From the NCBI RefSeq assembly GCF_006345805.1, contig NW_021836512.1:1-23929 (forward strand): 23,929 nucleotides of DNA, given 5' to 3'. Under the pieces are notes generated by a model. It ran no database searches and was not told the DNA's origin. It saw only the letters and a program-made list of their open reading frames with translations. Numbering within the stretch: position 1 is the stretch's first letter; each line of letters begins with the position of its first letter. The translations under genes were made by a program, and so were the position numbers. This DNA comes from Octopus sinensis. Lineage: Eukaryota. This document shows positions 1-10,584 of this stretch, piece after piece.

Positions 1-606
1 CATCATGAGTAATCATACAGATACGAAACAACAAGAATATATTTGAAGTAGCAAATAAAATATATACAAGCAATATTAATATTTCAACTTAATAAACACT
101 ATATTTATAATATATTACAAATGTACTTTGTGTATGTGTGTATATATACATATATTAAATATATATATAATATATTATATATATATTATATATATATATA
201 TTATATATATATATATATATTTATATTGTGTGGTGTTGTATGTATGTATATATGTCATATTTAATGTATGTGTGTCTATTTGCATATATAATATACAGAT
301 ATATATATATATATATATATATTGTTATATGTTATGTTTGGTGATTTTTTGTGGGGTCTTAGGGAACCATTATTAATACAGGTATATATTTTATCTTTTT
401 TTTTTGGTAAATTCGGGAAAGGTAGGGGTAGATGTTTCTGTTAATTTTCTTCATACTTTCTCTCTTTTTTTGTTGTTTCTTTGTTACTTTATACGGGATT
501 GTGTATGTACATGTGTCTTTGTATGTTTGCTTGTGTGAACTCGTGTATGTGTTTATAGGTGCGTGTGTATGTGTTGGTTTGTATCCATCTCCGAAGAATA
601 TCTTAC
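1..606 (-). other. Dlx intron 1 (5' part), rich in (TA)n/(TG)n
   Basis: Begins with the canonical GTAAGA donor at 606; simple-repeat content with no coding signal. Confidence 0.8.
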
Positions 607-904
607 CTTCACGTGTTGGCGATGTGGTTTGATAAGGGGTGACAGAAAAAGGATGGGTCGGCGGGTTATAAGTTGAAGCTGACATTGTATTCATGGCAAA
701 AGGATAGGTAAATGGCCGCGTGTGCTGTGCCGTCGAAAACACGTTTTCATGTTGACTTTGATGTGTAGGGTACGTAGAGCGTATCGGGTAAGCTGGATGC
801 GCCATTCCGGGTGGCATCGGCTGTTGTTGAAGTTCCATAAAAGCAGATTTCCCCGTGACATCTTGGTCGAGACCTTCCACGCTTCCCGTGATATTTAACA
901 TCAT
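607..904 (-). CDS. Dlx: Distal-less/Dlx homeobox gene, first coding exon (N-terminal domain; the homeodomain exons lie outside the window, to the left)
   Basis: Translation MMLNITGSVEGLDQDVTGKSAFMELQQQ...PIRSTY...YPFAM...TSPTRE matches the Dll/Dlx N-terminal signature (Drosophila Dll GKSAFVELQQ...IRSTY...YPF...SPPKD). The exon ends GAAG|GTAAGA (donor GT at 606-605, phase 1), as expected for the Dlx exon 1 boundary. After the donor the ORF runs into microsatellite. The start is placed at ATGATG 904-899; an in-frame ATG also exists at 970. Confidence 0.92.
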
Positions 905-1661
905 GGAGGGTTTAACGTCAATATTATTATTATTAGTATTAACAGTAGGTGTTGAATTATATATATACATAAATGATTGTGTGTTTGTATATATATATAT
1001 ATGTAATATATATATATATATGGATGTATGTATAAATTAAAAAATTTTTTCCTTTTTTTGAAATTTGTAAAAAATAAATATATTTGTTAAGATTATCAGT
1101 TTTGATAAATTTGTGTAAATGTGATTAATTAAAATTAATTAATTTCTCCGTGGTGATTTTTTTAAATAAATATACATACTTATATATATATTTACACACA
1201 TTATATATATAACTGTAATATTATTATTAATATTATTATTATTAAATTTTGTGGTTATTATTGGTCGTGTAACTGGTGTTGTTGATGTTACGGTAGCTGT
1301 AGCCGTATGCTTCAAGTGATTGATTATAGATATTAAAAATAATAATAATTATTATAATAATTATTATTATTATTACTTTTTTTTCTCTCCTATTCGGATG
1401 TTTTTAATTTGTTGTGATGTTGATGCTGATCTTGACGCTGATGTAGCCGCTGTGCTTGTTGTTGTTTTGATTGTAATGGTAGATACTTTTGGTAGCTTCG
1501 AGTGGCCCAGGACAGGCTACGATAATCTATATGAAATGTTTTCATAATAACAACAATAATAATAATAATAATGATATCACTAATAATAAAATTAACAATA
1601 GCAATAATCAACTTTTTCTCTAGTTAATTATATATATATATATCTATTATGTATGTGTATA

Positions 1662-1693
<32 letters not shown>

Positions 1694-2090
1694 AATGATA
1701 TGTTATATATATATATATATATAATATTATATATTATATATATATGTATGTATATATTTATATATCTAAATGTATACAATTTTTTCAAAAAAATGTGAAA
1801 GTTGAGCAGCAGCAGTAGTAGTAGCAGCAGCAGCAAGGCTCAAGGAGAGAAGAGCCACATTTGCAATATTATATATACATATACATACATGTGTATATAT
1901 ATATATGTATGTATATATGTGTATGTATATGTGTGCGTGTATGTGTGTATGTATGTATGTGTGTGTGTGTGTATCGACTAAACTCTATCACACGCGTCTG
2001 ATTGTAAGCTTGTACTAAAACCAACAGAGCCAACGTTCGTTTGCAGAGAAAAATATATTAAGTATACATTGAGCACACACACTCTCTCAG

Positions 2091-2175
2091 GACTGAAAAA
2101 TAAAAAGAAACAACCGACAGCCACGCCCACTCGCTTTCACTGCTGCCCTCTGATTGGTTTATTTGCTCACGTCGA
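2091..2175 (-). promoter_or_regulatory. Candidate Dlx core promoter (ACGT-core site, CCAAT box, GC box, Inr)
   Basis: On the minus strand, in order: CGACGTGA (2174-2167), AACCAATCAG (CCAAT at 2157-2153), GTGGGCGTGG (2130-2121) and TCAGTC Inr-like (2096-2091, putative +1 A at 2094). Spacing is about -60 and -30, in a non-repetitive island between microsatellites. Confidence 0.55.
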
Positions 2176-2180
2176 CTGTC

Positions 2181-2745
2181 AATCTCTTTCCCTCTCTCTC
2201 TCTTTCTCTCTCATACTCTTACTCTCTTTCATTCTGCATTCTCTGTCTCTGCATCTCTCTCCTCTCTCTATATATATATATATATCTTTCTCTCTCTCCC
2301 TATACATTTTACGCGCTTTTCAGTATTCTATTTCACACTCACTGTTATCTACTCTAAATTCTCTCTCAGCCCTTCTCTCTATCTATCTCTATTTCTTTCT
2401 CACTTTCTGTTTCTCTCTCCCTCTCCCTCCATTTATCTCCCTCTCATTCTCACTCTCTCATACACACTGTCTGTTTCCCTCCCTTTCGTCCCTCTCTCTT
2501 TCTGTTAGGTTTTCTCTGGCTTTTCTCTATTTATCTCTCCTTAACACACTCTCTCTTTTCGTATAACACAGACCTTCCTCACTCTCACACGACTTCTCGC
2601 TTGCTTCATACATCTCTCTCTCTCTCTCTCTCTTCCTCCCTCTATCTAACTATATCTCTTCATTGCTTCTCTTTCAATATCTATGTAGTTTTTCATTCAT
2701 CTTGCGCTCTCTTTTTCATTTTCTCTCTTTCAATATATACACACA
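2181..2745. repeat. Degenerate (CT)n polypyrimidine tract (GA-rich on the Dlx sense strand)
   Basis: About 560 bp dominated by ctct/cttt/ctcc motifs. Confidence 0.85.
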
Positions 2746-3050
2746 CACACCCACATATATATATGTATGTGTATATATATATATAATATATATAATATAT
2801 ATATATATATATATAATGTATGTATGTATGTATTATGTATGCATGTATATATATATATCATATATATAGTATGTATATATATATAAATATATACATATAT
2901 AGTATGTTTTTATGTATGTATATATATAATATATATATATATATATAATATATATATATACACACACATATAAATGATACATGTATATTTTTATATATCG
3001 ATGTGTATCTATCTACATATCCATCTCTCTGACTCTCTCTTTATATCATA

Positions 3051-3149
<99 letters not shown>

Positions 3150-3345
3150 TTTCTAGTTCTTAACTACTTCTTATTCATGTTCTTTCACTTTATCTTTCAA
3201 TCTCTTCATTCCCCCCCTCGCCGCTCACTCTCTCATCTCTTTCCTTCTTTCTACCTTCTCTTTTCGTCTCTTCTTCCCATTCATCACTTATGCACATACA
3301 TGCTAACTAAGTATGTGTGTAATATATATATACATACAATACATA

Positions 3346-3387
<42 letters not shown>

Positions 3388-3530
3388 ATATATATACATA
3401 ACATACATATATATATATATATATATTAATATATATATATATATAATATATATATATGTAATCATATATATATATATAATATATATATATATGCGTACAC
3501 TCACAAACACTCACACATACACGCACACAC
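2746..3530. repeat. (TA)n/(TG)n/(CA)n microsatellite field with a short CT-rich interruption
   Basis: Visible directly in the sequence. Confidence 0.9.
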
Positions 3531-3604
3531 AAACACAGCTATGCATATACGATATACACACTTATATGCGAGAGATATATGTGGAGTGTACCTTATCTTT
3601 TATA

Positions 3605-3985
3605 TATTACTTGTTTAGTTCACTGGAGTGTGGACACGCTCTATTGCAGCTTCCGAAGGATTTAGTCGATCAAACCGGCTCCACGTGTCCCATCCCTCTG
3701 CCGAACCGCTAGGTTATAATGCTATAATGTTGTAAATAGACAAAACTCAGTTGTGTGTGTTTTTGAGGGGCAAGCAGAAACACAAAGGCACATACACATA
3801 AGTATAGACATACGCGATAGACTTACTTGTGTTTCTGTCTACCAAACCCTGTCACAAGTCTACGGTGTGATCGAGGTCATTATAGGAGAATCACTTGCTC
3901 AAGATTCCACATAGTGGTACTGAACTGGGGGTCAAGTGTTTGCGAAGCAAGCTTCTTATCAAACGTCCAAACCTAAGCCTTTATA
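3605..3985 (-). mobile_element. SINE family B, old degenerate copy
   Basis: gtttctgtctaccaaac...cacaag...cacttgctcaagattccacatagtgg and gccgaaccgctagg align by eye with the cleaner copy at 20141-20557. Confidence 0.7.
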
Positions 3986-4479
3986 TATACATAAATGACA
4001 ACCTCTAATTTAGGCACAAGGTCACAGTTTTTGATTTACCATGCAAACTAGCTGAGTGGTCCAACAACATATGGAATTGCTGTTTGGTATCATTGTGATA
4101 CTGTGTGACAATTTGGAATTTTGTATTACTGTTTCAATCTGTTCCAAACTGATGGTAACTACATTTACCCAAAATACCTAAAGTTTTATAAAAGATGCAC
4201 GTGTTTCAGTAAATCGACTGACAAGGTTACAGAAGCGTTTATTGAATATTACGCAATCTTAACATTACCTCGTCGGTGTTGTATGCAAAAAGATAAATAC
4301 ATAATATTCTCATGAGGCTCGTATTCTGCGCAGTAGTCTATCCCGTATTTTGATGCTGTTCGTCCCACTGTACAGAATACAATAGTAATCCTATAACTTA
4401 GTACTGAGCTCCAACTTTCGGTTGTGTGTCATGCTTTTCCAGCGCACGTATGTATATATGTAAAATAGTAATTGAATTA

Positions 4480-4800
4480 GTCGAATGGCCCCTCCATCGA
4501 TACAGTCTAGGGATTCTGTATGCATAGCAGTACTGTCCTAGATACGAGTGCAATATTATATTTTGGTTTGGAGTTGAGTCCTGTGAAGTACCCGCATCTG
4601 TTATCGGCTGAAATATTCATGATACTGAAGAGTAAGACCCTATCTCTGCGTTGCATTCATAACTATCCTAAGGATTTGCTTTCGGCAAGAGTTATTCTCG
4701 TTGATAGTGGATTCAGTTTAAAGTGATTTCCATCCATGTCTAATGGTGTCCGTAGGCGTTTCGCCCACACGAGTAATGCTTCTGTTTTTCGTTTCCTCTT
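4480..4800 (-). mobile_element. CR1/Jockey-like LINE remnant, RT C-terminal (thumb) region
   Basis: Minus-strand reading VLHRTQLQTKI*YCTRI*DS...ESLDCIDGGAIRLI resembles the LINE pattern LYKAQ.RP.LEYC..IW....LD.IQ.RAIRLI; multiple stop codons. Confidence 0.55.
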
Positions 4801-4844
4801 AAAACAAAATTAGAAGAGGATTGTTTCCTCATTAGAGTGTTGCA

Positions 4845-5248
4845 CTCATGATCAAAAGACCATGTTTTCGATTCCTCGACGAGGTGGTGAGTTCTTTTCT
4901 TGAGCAAGACTCTTTATTTCACGGGTGCGAAGGCGCATGGCTTATTGTTTAGGCTGTTAGGGCTCATGCTCGTAAGGTCGATTCCCAGCAGTGCGCTATG
5001 CTCTTGCGTAAGACTTTTAATTTCACGTTGCTCAGGTACACTCAGCTGGCAAAAAGGAGTAGTACCTGTATTTCAAAAGAGACCAGCCTTGTCACATTCT
5101 GTGTCACACTGAATCTCCCTGAGAACTACATTAAGGGTACGCGTGTCTGTGGAGTGCCCGGTCACGTGCACATGAGTTTCACGAATAAGCCGTTCAGATG
5201 ATCAGATCAACAGGAACACTCGTCGTCGTAACCGACGAAGAGCCAATG
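4845..5248 (+). mobile_element. tRNA-derived CORE-like SINE (family C) at 4932-5248, preceded by a truncated older fragment at 4845-4922
   Basis: tRNA-like head ggcgcatggctta.tg.ttagg...ctcatg.tcgtaaggtcgattccc; CORE-like ttg.g.aagact.t.atttcacgttgctc...actcagctggcaaaaa.gagtagtacc; the segment ttgagcaagactctttatttcacg occurs twice in tandem. Confidence 0.7.
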
Positions 5249-5320
5249 TTTTTTTTTATTTATTTATTTCGCGTAACTCCTGTCTATTCAATTATAAAAG
5301 AATTACAGCTAGGAAGATAG

Positions 5321-5983
5321 ATTTCTTTATTGGCCACGCAGGGCTGAATACAGAAGGGACAAAATACAAAGTAGAGCTTTTCTGTTTTGGAAGAAGGAAA
5401 AGAAGAGGGGCGAATTCCGATCTAAAGGGATCGTGAAGAGAAAAAAAGTGGGGCCGATCAATAGAGTTCCTGTAATGTCAGTCATGAAAGATGAATCCTA
5501 GGGGTCCTGACATGGCTAAGTTTTTAAGGCAGTTTAAAAACACAATGTTGGTTCGGTCCGACTGATGTTTTCACTCAAGATATCCTTTCATAAAACCAAT
5601 GAGCATTTGACATGCGGTGACTAGGCTCTGCGTGGAGGGTACATTTTTAAGGAAATCTAAAGAGAGAAGAAAGTTCCTGTCGTCTAGAGAAGAGTGAATG
5701 CAAACATGTGTAGAAGGAATGCAGCAGAGGAGAAAACAGAACCGTGGGGGAAGACTTGAATTGAATTGAGAGGGTTTACAGGAACGGTTCTGCCAGTAAA
5801 TGCTGTGATGGTACAATCATATATGGAGCAACCGATAGAAGGGATTAGAAAGTAATGGGCAGGGGGCGAAAACCTTTTATCTGGAGATTCATATGACAGA
5901 TACAGTCGAAGGTTTCGTTGATGTCCAGAACAATAACGTTGCATTTATGGAAATTCTCTGATGTCAAAACCCTTTAGTAAGTG

Positions 5984-5990
<7 letters not shown>
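5321..5990 (-). mobile_element. CR1/Jockey-like LINE remnant: decayed RT core followed by a 3' tail
   Basis: Frameshifted minus-strand readings resembling DxxxxFD (DINETFDCI-like), VFPHGSVFSSAAFLL (PQGS motif) and IHSSLDD (YADD position). The segment ends in tttgtcccttctgtattcagccctgcgtggccaataaagaaat. Confidence 0.65.
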
Positions 5991-6022
<32 letters not shown>

Positions 6023-6094
6023 CATATATATGTGTGTGTACGTGTATATGCGTGTGTGAGCATGCGCGTGAGTGTGTATGTGTGTGCTTGTTTG

Positions 6095-6275
6095 CATATG
6101 TGTCTGCGTATGTGTTTGACCCGCTCCACGGCTTGACAACCGGTATTTGTGTGTTTATGTCCCTGCAACATAGCAGTTTGGCAAAGGACCTATAAATAAG
6201 TATCAGCTTTAAAACGAGTCCTTTTGAGTGATCCATTCGCCTACAAATTCTTCAAGAAACAAGTAAAAGATAAAA
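6095..6275 (+). mobile_element. SINE family B 3' half, preceded by its (CA/TG)n central tract
   Basis: gcttgacaaccggt...gtttatgtccctgcaacatagcagtttggcaaag...gaaacaagtaaaagataa matches the 3' half of the copies at 13832 and 22710. Confidence 0.7.
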
Positions 6276-6667
6276 AATTTATATATAACAGCATTTAAAA
6301 GTTTGTTCTAAAATGTCTATTTCTAGGATCTTTACATGCTTTTCTCTGAGAATTATGAGGCCGAATTAGATAACGTTAACTCGATTTACGAAAAAGCTGA
6401 AATTTTAATTTGTGCACTGTGCAAGACTTATGTAATTAGGTCGTACAATCTTCGCTGAAATACGTGTGAGAATGACAGGAGTATATTTCATTTCTAACTC
6501 TGTAGACATTTTTTTCTATGTGTATATATATATATCTACGTGTGACAAAGAGCAAAATTCCGAAACGTTATTCATTTCCCCTTACATCATGCTAAACTAA
6601 TTAACAACCTCTTCCTGATTTACCATTCCTATTTACATTCTTACTATTCATTTTACAGTCTAAGTTT

Positions 6668-6761
6668 TATCATTATTATTATTATTATTATTATTATTTT
6701 TATTTTTATTATTATTATTATTATTAATTATTATTATTATTATATTATCATTATATTATTA

Positions 6762-6792
<31 letters not shown>

Positions 6793-6828
6793 CATTATTA
6801 TTATTATTATATTATTATTATTATTTTA

Positions 6829-6886
<58 letters not shown>

Positions 6887-6930
6887 TTATTAATTATTTT
6901 TATTATTATTATTTTATTATTATTATTTAT
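6668..6930. repeat. (ATT)n microsatellite
   Basis: Visible directly in the sequence. Confidence 0.95.
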
Positions 6931-7354
6931 AAGGAAATGATGTGACAAGGTGGTTAGAGCAGGAAACAAAATATCATGCAGATGTTAGTTATCTCCCTTT
7001 AAGTCCTCAGCTGAAACTATTCCTAATTAAACATTGGCCTTCATGTCCATGAAATTGATAAAGAAATACACCAGTAAAATACTGGTGTCGATTTAATCAA
7101 ATAATCTTTTCCTTTTAAAATTGCCGGCCATGTGCACAGCAGAATCGGTAGAATGTCAGAAAACTGCTTTGCAGTATTTGCCCAGGTTTTTTATATCACA
7201 CAGTTGTCCTTTTTTTTTTATCTTTCATCCATCTGGGGTCGATATAATTTAGTATAAGTCAGGTGCTAGGTTAGATAATATAATTGACACCCTCCCTTTC
7301 AAAATTGCTACCGTTGTGACTATATTAAAAACATTATCATCATCATCATCATCA

Positions 7355-7410
<56 letters not shown>

Positions 7411-7424
7411 TTTATTTTTATTAA

Positions 7425-7822
7425 GGCGGCGAGCTGGCAGAAACGTTAGCACGCCGGGCGAAATGCTTAGCGGTATTTCGTCTGCCACTACGTTCTGAGT
7501 TCAAATTCCGCCGAGGTCGACTTTGCCTTTCATCCTTTCGGGGTCGATAAATTAAGTACCGGTTACGCACTGGGGTCCATATAATCGACTTAATCCGTTT
7601 GTCTGTCCTTGATTGTCCCCTCTGTGTTTAGCCTCATCTGGGTAATAAAAATAGGTATTTCACCCGTCGTTAACGTTTGGGGTTCAAATGTTGCCGGGGT
7701 CGACTTTGCCTATCATCCTTCCGTGGTCGATAAAACAAGTACCAATGAAACACTGGGGTCGATTGCATCGACTAGTTCCCTCCCAATAAATTTGAGGCTC
7801 TGTACCTCCAGGAGCAAGTATC
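7425..7822 (+). mobile_element. SINE family A, dimeric copy (unit 1 7425-7652, unit 2 7653-7822)
   Basis: tRNA-like head ggcggcgagctggcagaaacgttagc...gagttcaaattcc. The central domain gcctttcatcctttcggggtcgataaattaagtacc (recalled as Meta/MESC-like, unverified) occurs twice. Flanked on the left by (ATT)n. Confidence 0.9.
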
Positions 7823-7897
7823 ATTAATTAATATTATTATAGTATTATTATCATCATCATCATCGTCATCATAATCATTATAAAGTCATTTCTTGGA

Positions 7898-8180
7898 TCA
7901 GGGGTCGGGGAATTTTTTTAACCAATTACCCCCAAAATATCTTATTTACGCCGACGTTAACCCTTTGATTTGAAAAAAGAAAATCATAGATTCTTTGAAT
8001 TCAAAGGGTTTACTGAATCTACTTCTAAGTTCATTACATTGGACGGATTCATTGGTGCCAGAAAGAATATTTTCTGTCGTAACAAAGAACAGGGTTTTTA
8101 TGTAATTTTACTTATGGCTTGTGAGTCTTTATTATCTCAAAGAATTTCATTTTTTAACCCACTTGGGGTAATTTACCTCT
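7898..8180. mobile_element. Possible hAT-like MITE remnant
   Basis: Left end caggggtcgggg...aattacccc; right end ggggtaatt, which is the inverted form of aattacccc; the true termini are poorly preserved. Confidence 0.3.
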
Positions 8181-8395
8181 GATCTAGATCGATCTGCATG
8201 GCGTAAGATGTGTCACAATGTATCCAAACAATTTGAGTTGAAGTAAAAATGCTATGGAAGAACTATATCCAGCAATCGATAGGGAAACTTAGCCAAACCC
8301 AGGCAACATCAAAATTATCGATGTCTCCATTGCAGCTTCAGAACAAAATCCTTTCCTTGACTCAGATGACATTCACGCACCCAACGCAAAAAGAT
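8178..8395 (+). mobile_element. RTE-like LINE 3'-end remnant
   Basis: Reading SDLDRSAWRKMCHNVSKQFE, followed by LHCSFRTKSFP*LR*HSRT, resembles the RTE C-terminus (DRxxWR...FE plus a C2H2-like motif). Confidence 0.45.
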
Positions 8396-8559
8396 ACAAC
8401 TTCTTTTGTTTTTTACTCTTTAAAAGTTATCTCTCTTTCACACTTTCTTTTATATTTAAATCCTTTCCTTCGAAATGGACGGGAGTGACCACCACCACCA
8501 CCACCGCCACCATCATCATCATCATTATCGTTATTAATATTATTATTATTATCATCATC

Positions 8560-9028
8560 GTTATTAGCATTATGTTCTCTTTATCACAGGTTTTGTTGGA
8601 GCTCCTGGAGTCTCGCATGCGTAGTAGGCTTAATATCTGCAGCCTACGGTACCATACTATCCGTCTTTTTCAACTATTTAATACTTCCCTGATTATTCTG
8701 GCCGCTCCAAGGAGGCAAATCTTTCGTAATAGTTCTACTAGGCACCCTATTTAAATTTTCTTTATATTCCCTTTATTGTCTTCTGATACCCAAGGACCCA
8801 ACAATAATTGGCACTATTTTCACCTTCTTCATTCTCCTTAGCCGGGCTATTTCGTACTGAACAAGGTTGTATCTATCTATCTTTTCGCCTTCCTACTTCA
8901 CTACTGGTGGGTCAAAGGGGCATGCAACATCAACTATATAGCATATGTGGTGCACCTTGTCCATCTCCACTAGGTCCGGTCTGTTTTGTTCTAGTTCTTG
9001 ATCTGTTTGGATTGGGAAATCTCAGAGG

Positions 9029-9030
<2 letters not shown>
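8560..9030 (-). mobile_element. R4/Dong-clade REL-endonuclease LINE 3' remnant, copy 1
   Basis: IL*DFPIQTDQELEQNRPDLVEMDK...YIVDVACPFD...EGEKIDRY..VQYEIARL...KIVPIIVGSLG...VELLRKICLLGAARIIREVLNS* (stop at 8672-8670), the PD...D...EK..Y restriction-like endonuclease. Followed by a short 3' UTR and an (AAT/GAT)n tail. Confidence 0.88.
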
Positions 9031-9085
<55 letters not shown>

Positions 9086-9177
9086 TATCCTTATTGTTGT
9101 TGTTGTTGTTGTCGTCGTCGTCGTCGTCGTCATTATCATCATCATCATCATTATCATTATTATATTATTATTATTAA

Positions 9178-9367
9178 GACGGCAAACTAGCAGAATCGTC
9201 AGCACGCTGGACGAAATTCTTAGCGGTATTTTGTCTGTCGCTACGTTCTGAATTCAAATTTCGCCAAAGTCGACTTTGCCTTTCATCCTTTCGGGAGCGA
9301 TAAATTAAGTACCAGTGAAACCCCGTGGTAGATGTAAATTTCAGGTCTTGTGCCTTTAGTAGGAAGG

Positions 9368-9433
<66 letters not shown>

Positions 9434-9452
9434 GTTATCGTTATTATTATCA

Positions 9453-9519
<67 letters not shown>

Positions 9520-9581
9520 CATCATCATCATCATCATCATTATTATTATTATTATTATTATCATTATTATCATCATCATCA

Positions 9582-9624
<43 letters not shown>

Positions 9625-9633
9625 CATTATTGT
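9178..9633 (+). mobile_element. SINE family A monomer (9178-9367) with a long (ATT)n tail
   Basis: Head gacggc.aactagcagaatcg..agcacg, the same central domain, 3' end aaatttcaggtcttgtgcct, then (ATT)n to about 9633. Confidence 0.88.
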
Positions 9634-9904
9634 TATTTACATCTCTTCGTTCTGTGAAATAGTATGTATTAAGGATTTTAGTTTACTGTGATTTTTTTTC
9701 TTCGACAGTTGAGAATGGAGCAAAAGGGAATGGTCTTTAGAGACAGTATATTTCACTCGCTTTCACATTTTCGACATTTCCTCGTAAACATGGATACTAA
9801 ACAAACGGAGTACGCCCCCCCCCCCACAAAAGAAAAAATAATATGGCTTAATCATGACACAAAGGCAACATAAAAACAAATTGCACGACAGACAGAAGAC
9901 TTCA

Positions 9905-10241
9905 AATAATAATAACACTGATGACGATGATGATGATGATGATGATAGTGGTGGTGGTGGTGATGATGATGATGATGATGATGACGATGATGAGGATGAT
10001 GATGATAATGGTGGTGGTGGTGGTGGTGGTGATGATGATGATGAGGAGGAGGAGGGGGAGGAGGAGGAGGAGGATGATAGTGGTGGAGATGATGATGATG
10101 ATAGTGGTGGTGGTGGTGGTGGTGATGATGATGAACTTTTCTTTTATTTGCCATGAAGGCGAGGGATGAGAAGGACATACATCAAGTGTGAGGATTTACA
10201 TGTTATGAAATGAGATAAAAATAATAAATAATAATAATAAT

Positions 10242-10294
<53 letters not shown>

Positions 10295-10308
10295 TAATAA
10301 CAATAATA

Positions 10309-10360
<52 letters not shown>

Positions 10361-10396
10361 CGATAATAATAATAACGACGATAATAATAATAATAA

Positions 10397-10427
<31 letters not shown>

Positions 10428-10582
10428 AAGAAGAAGAAGAAGAAGAAGAAGAAGAAGGAGAAGAAGAAGAAGAAGAAGAAGAAGAAGAAGAAGAAGAAGA
10501 GAAGAAGAAGAAGAAGAAGAAGAATGATGATGATAATGATAATATTAATAATAGTAGTAATAATAATAATGATGATGATGAT
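9905..10582. repeat. Compound trinucleotide field (GAT/GGT/GAG, AAT, GAA)
   Basis: Visible directly in the sequence; accounts for the poly-D/G/H/Y/S ORFs in the track. Confidence 0.95.
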
Positions 10583-10584
10583 AA

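Noticed and set aside
359-606. C-terminal part of the 203-aa ORF 359-970
   Set aside because: It is read-through past the GTAAGA donor into intronic simple repeats; Dlx similarity stops at the donor.
1121-1143. Near-palindromic ATTAATTAAAATTAATTAAT as a homeodomain dimer site
   Set aside because: It is expected by chance at this AT content, and nothing else supports it.
2069-3532. ORFs rich in YI, SL or TH dipeptides (and similar ones at 15042-15669, 18201-18631, 20608-21040 and 23643-23912)
   Set aside because: They are translations of (TA)n, (CT)n and (CA)n microsatellites, with no coding complexity.
4121-4315. 64-aa ORF with several cysteines
   Set aside because: No recognisable motif or splice context; it lies next to a LINE remnant.
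7425-7510. tRNA-like A/B boxes in SINE heads considered as tRNA genes
   Set aside because: No complete cloverleaf; each continues into a shared SINE body.
9919-9925. CTGATGA matches at about 9919 and about 11732
   Set aside because: Both lie within (GAT)n repeats, with no stem II or GAAA, so they are not hammerheads.
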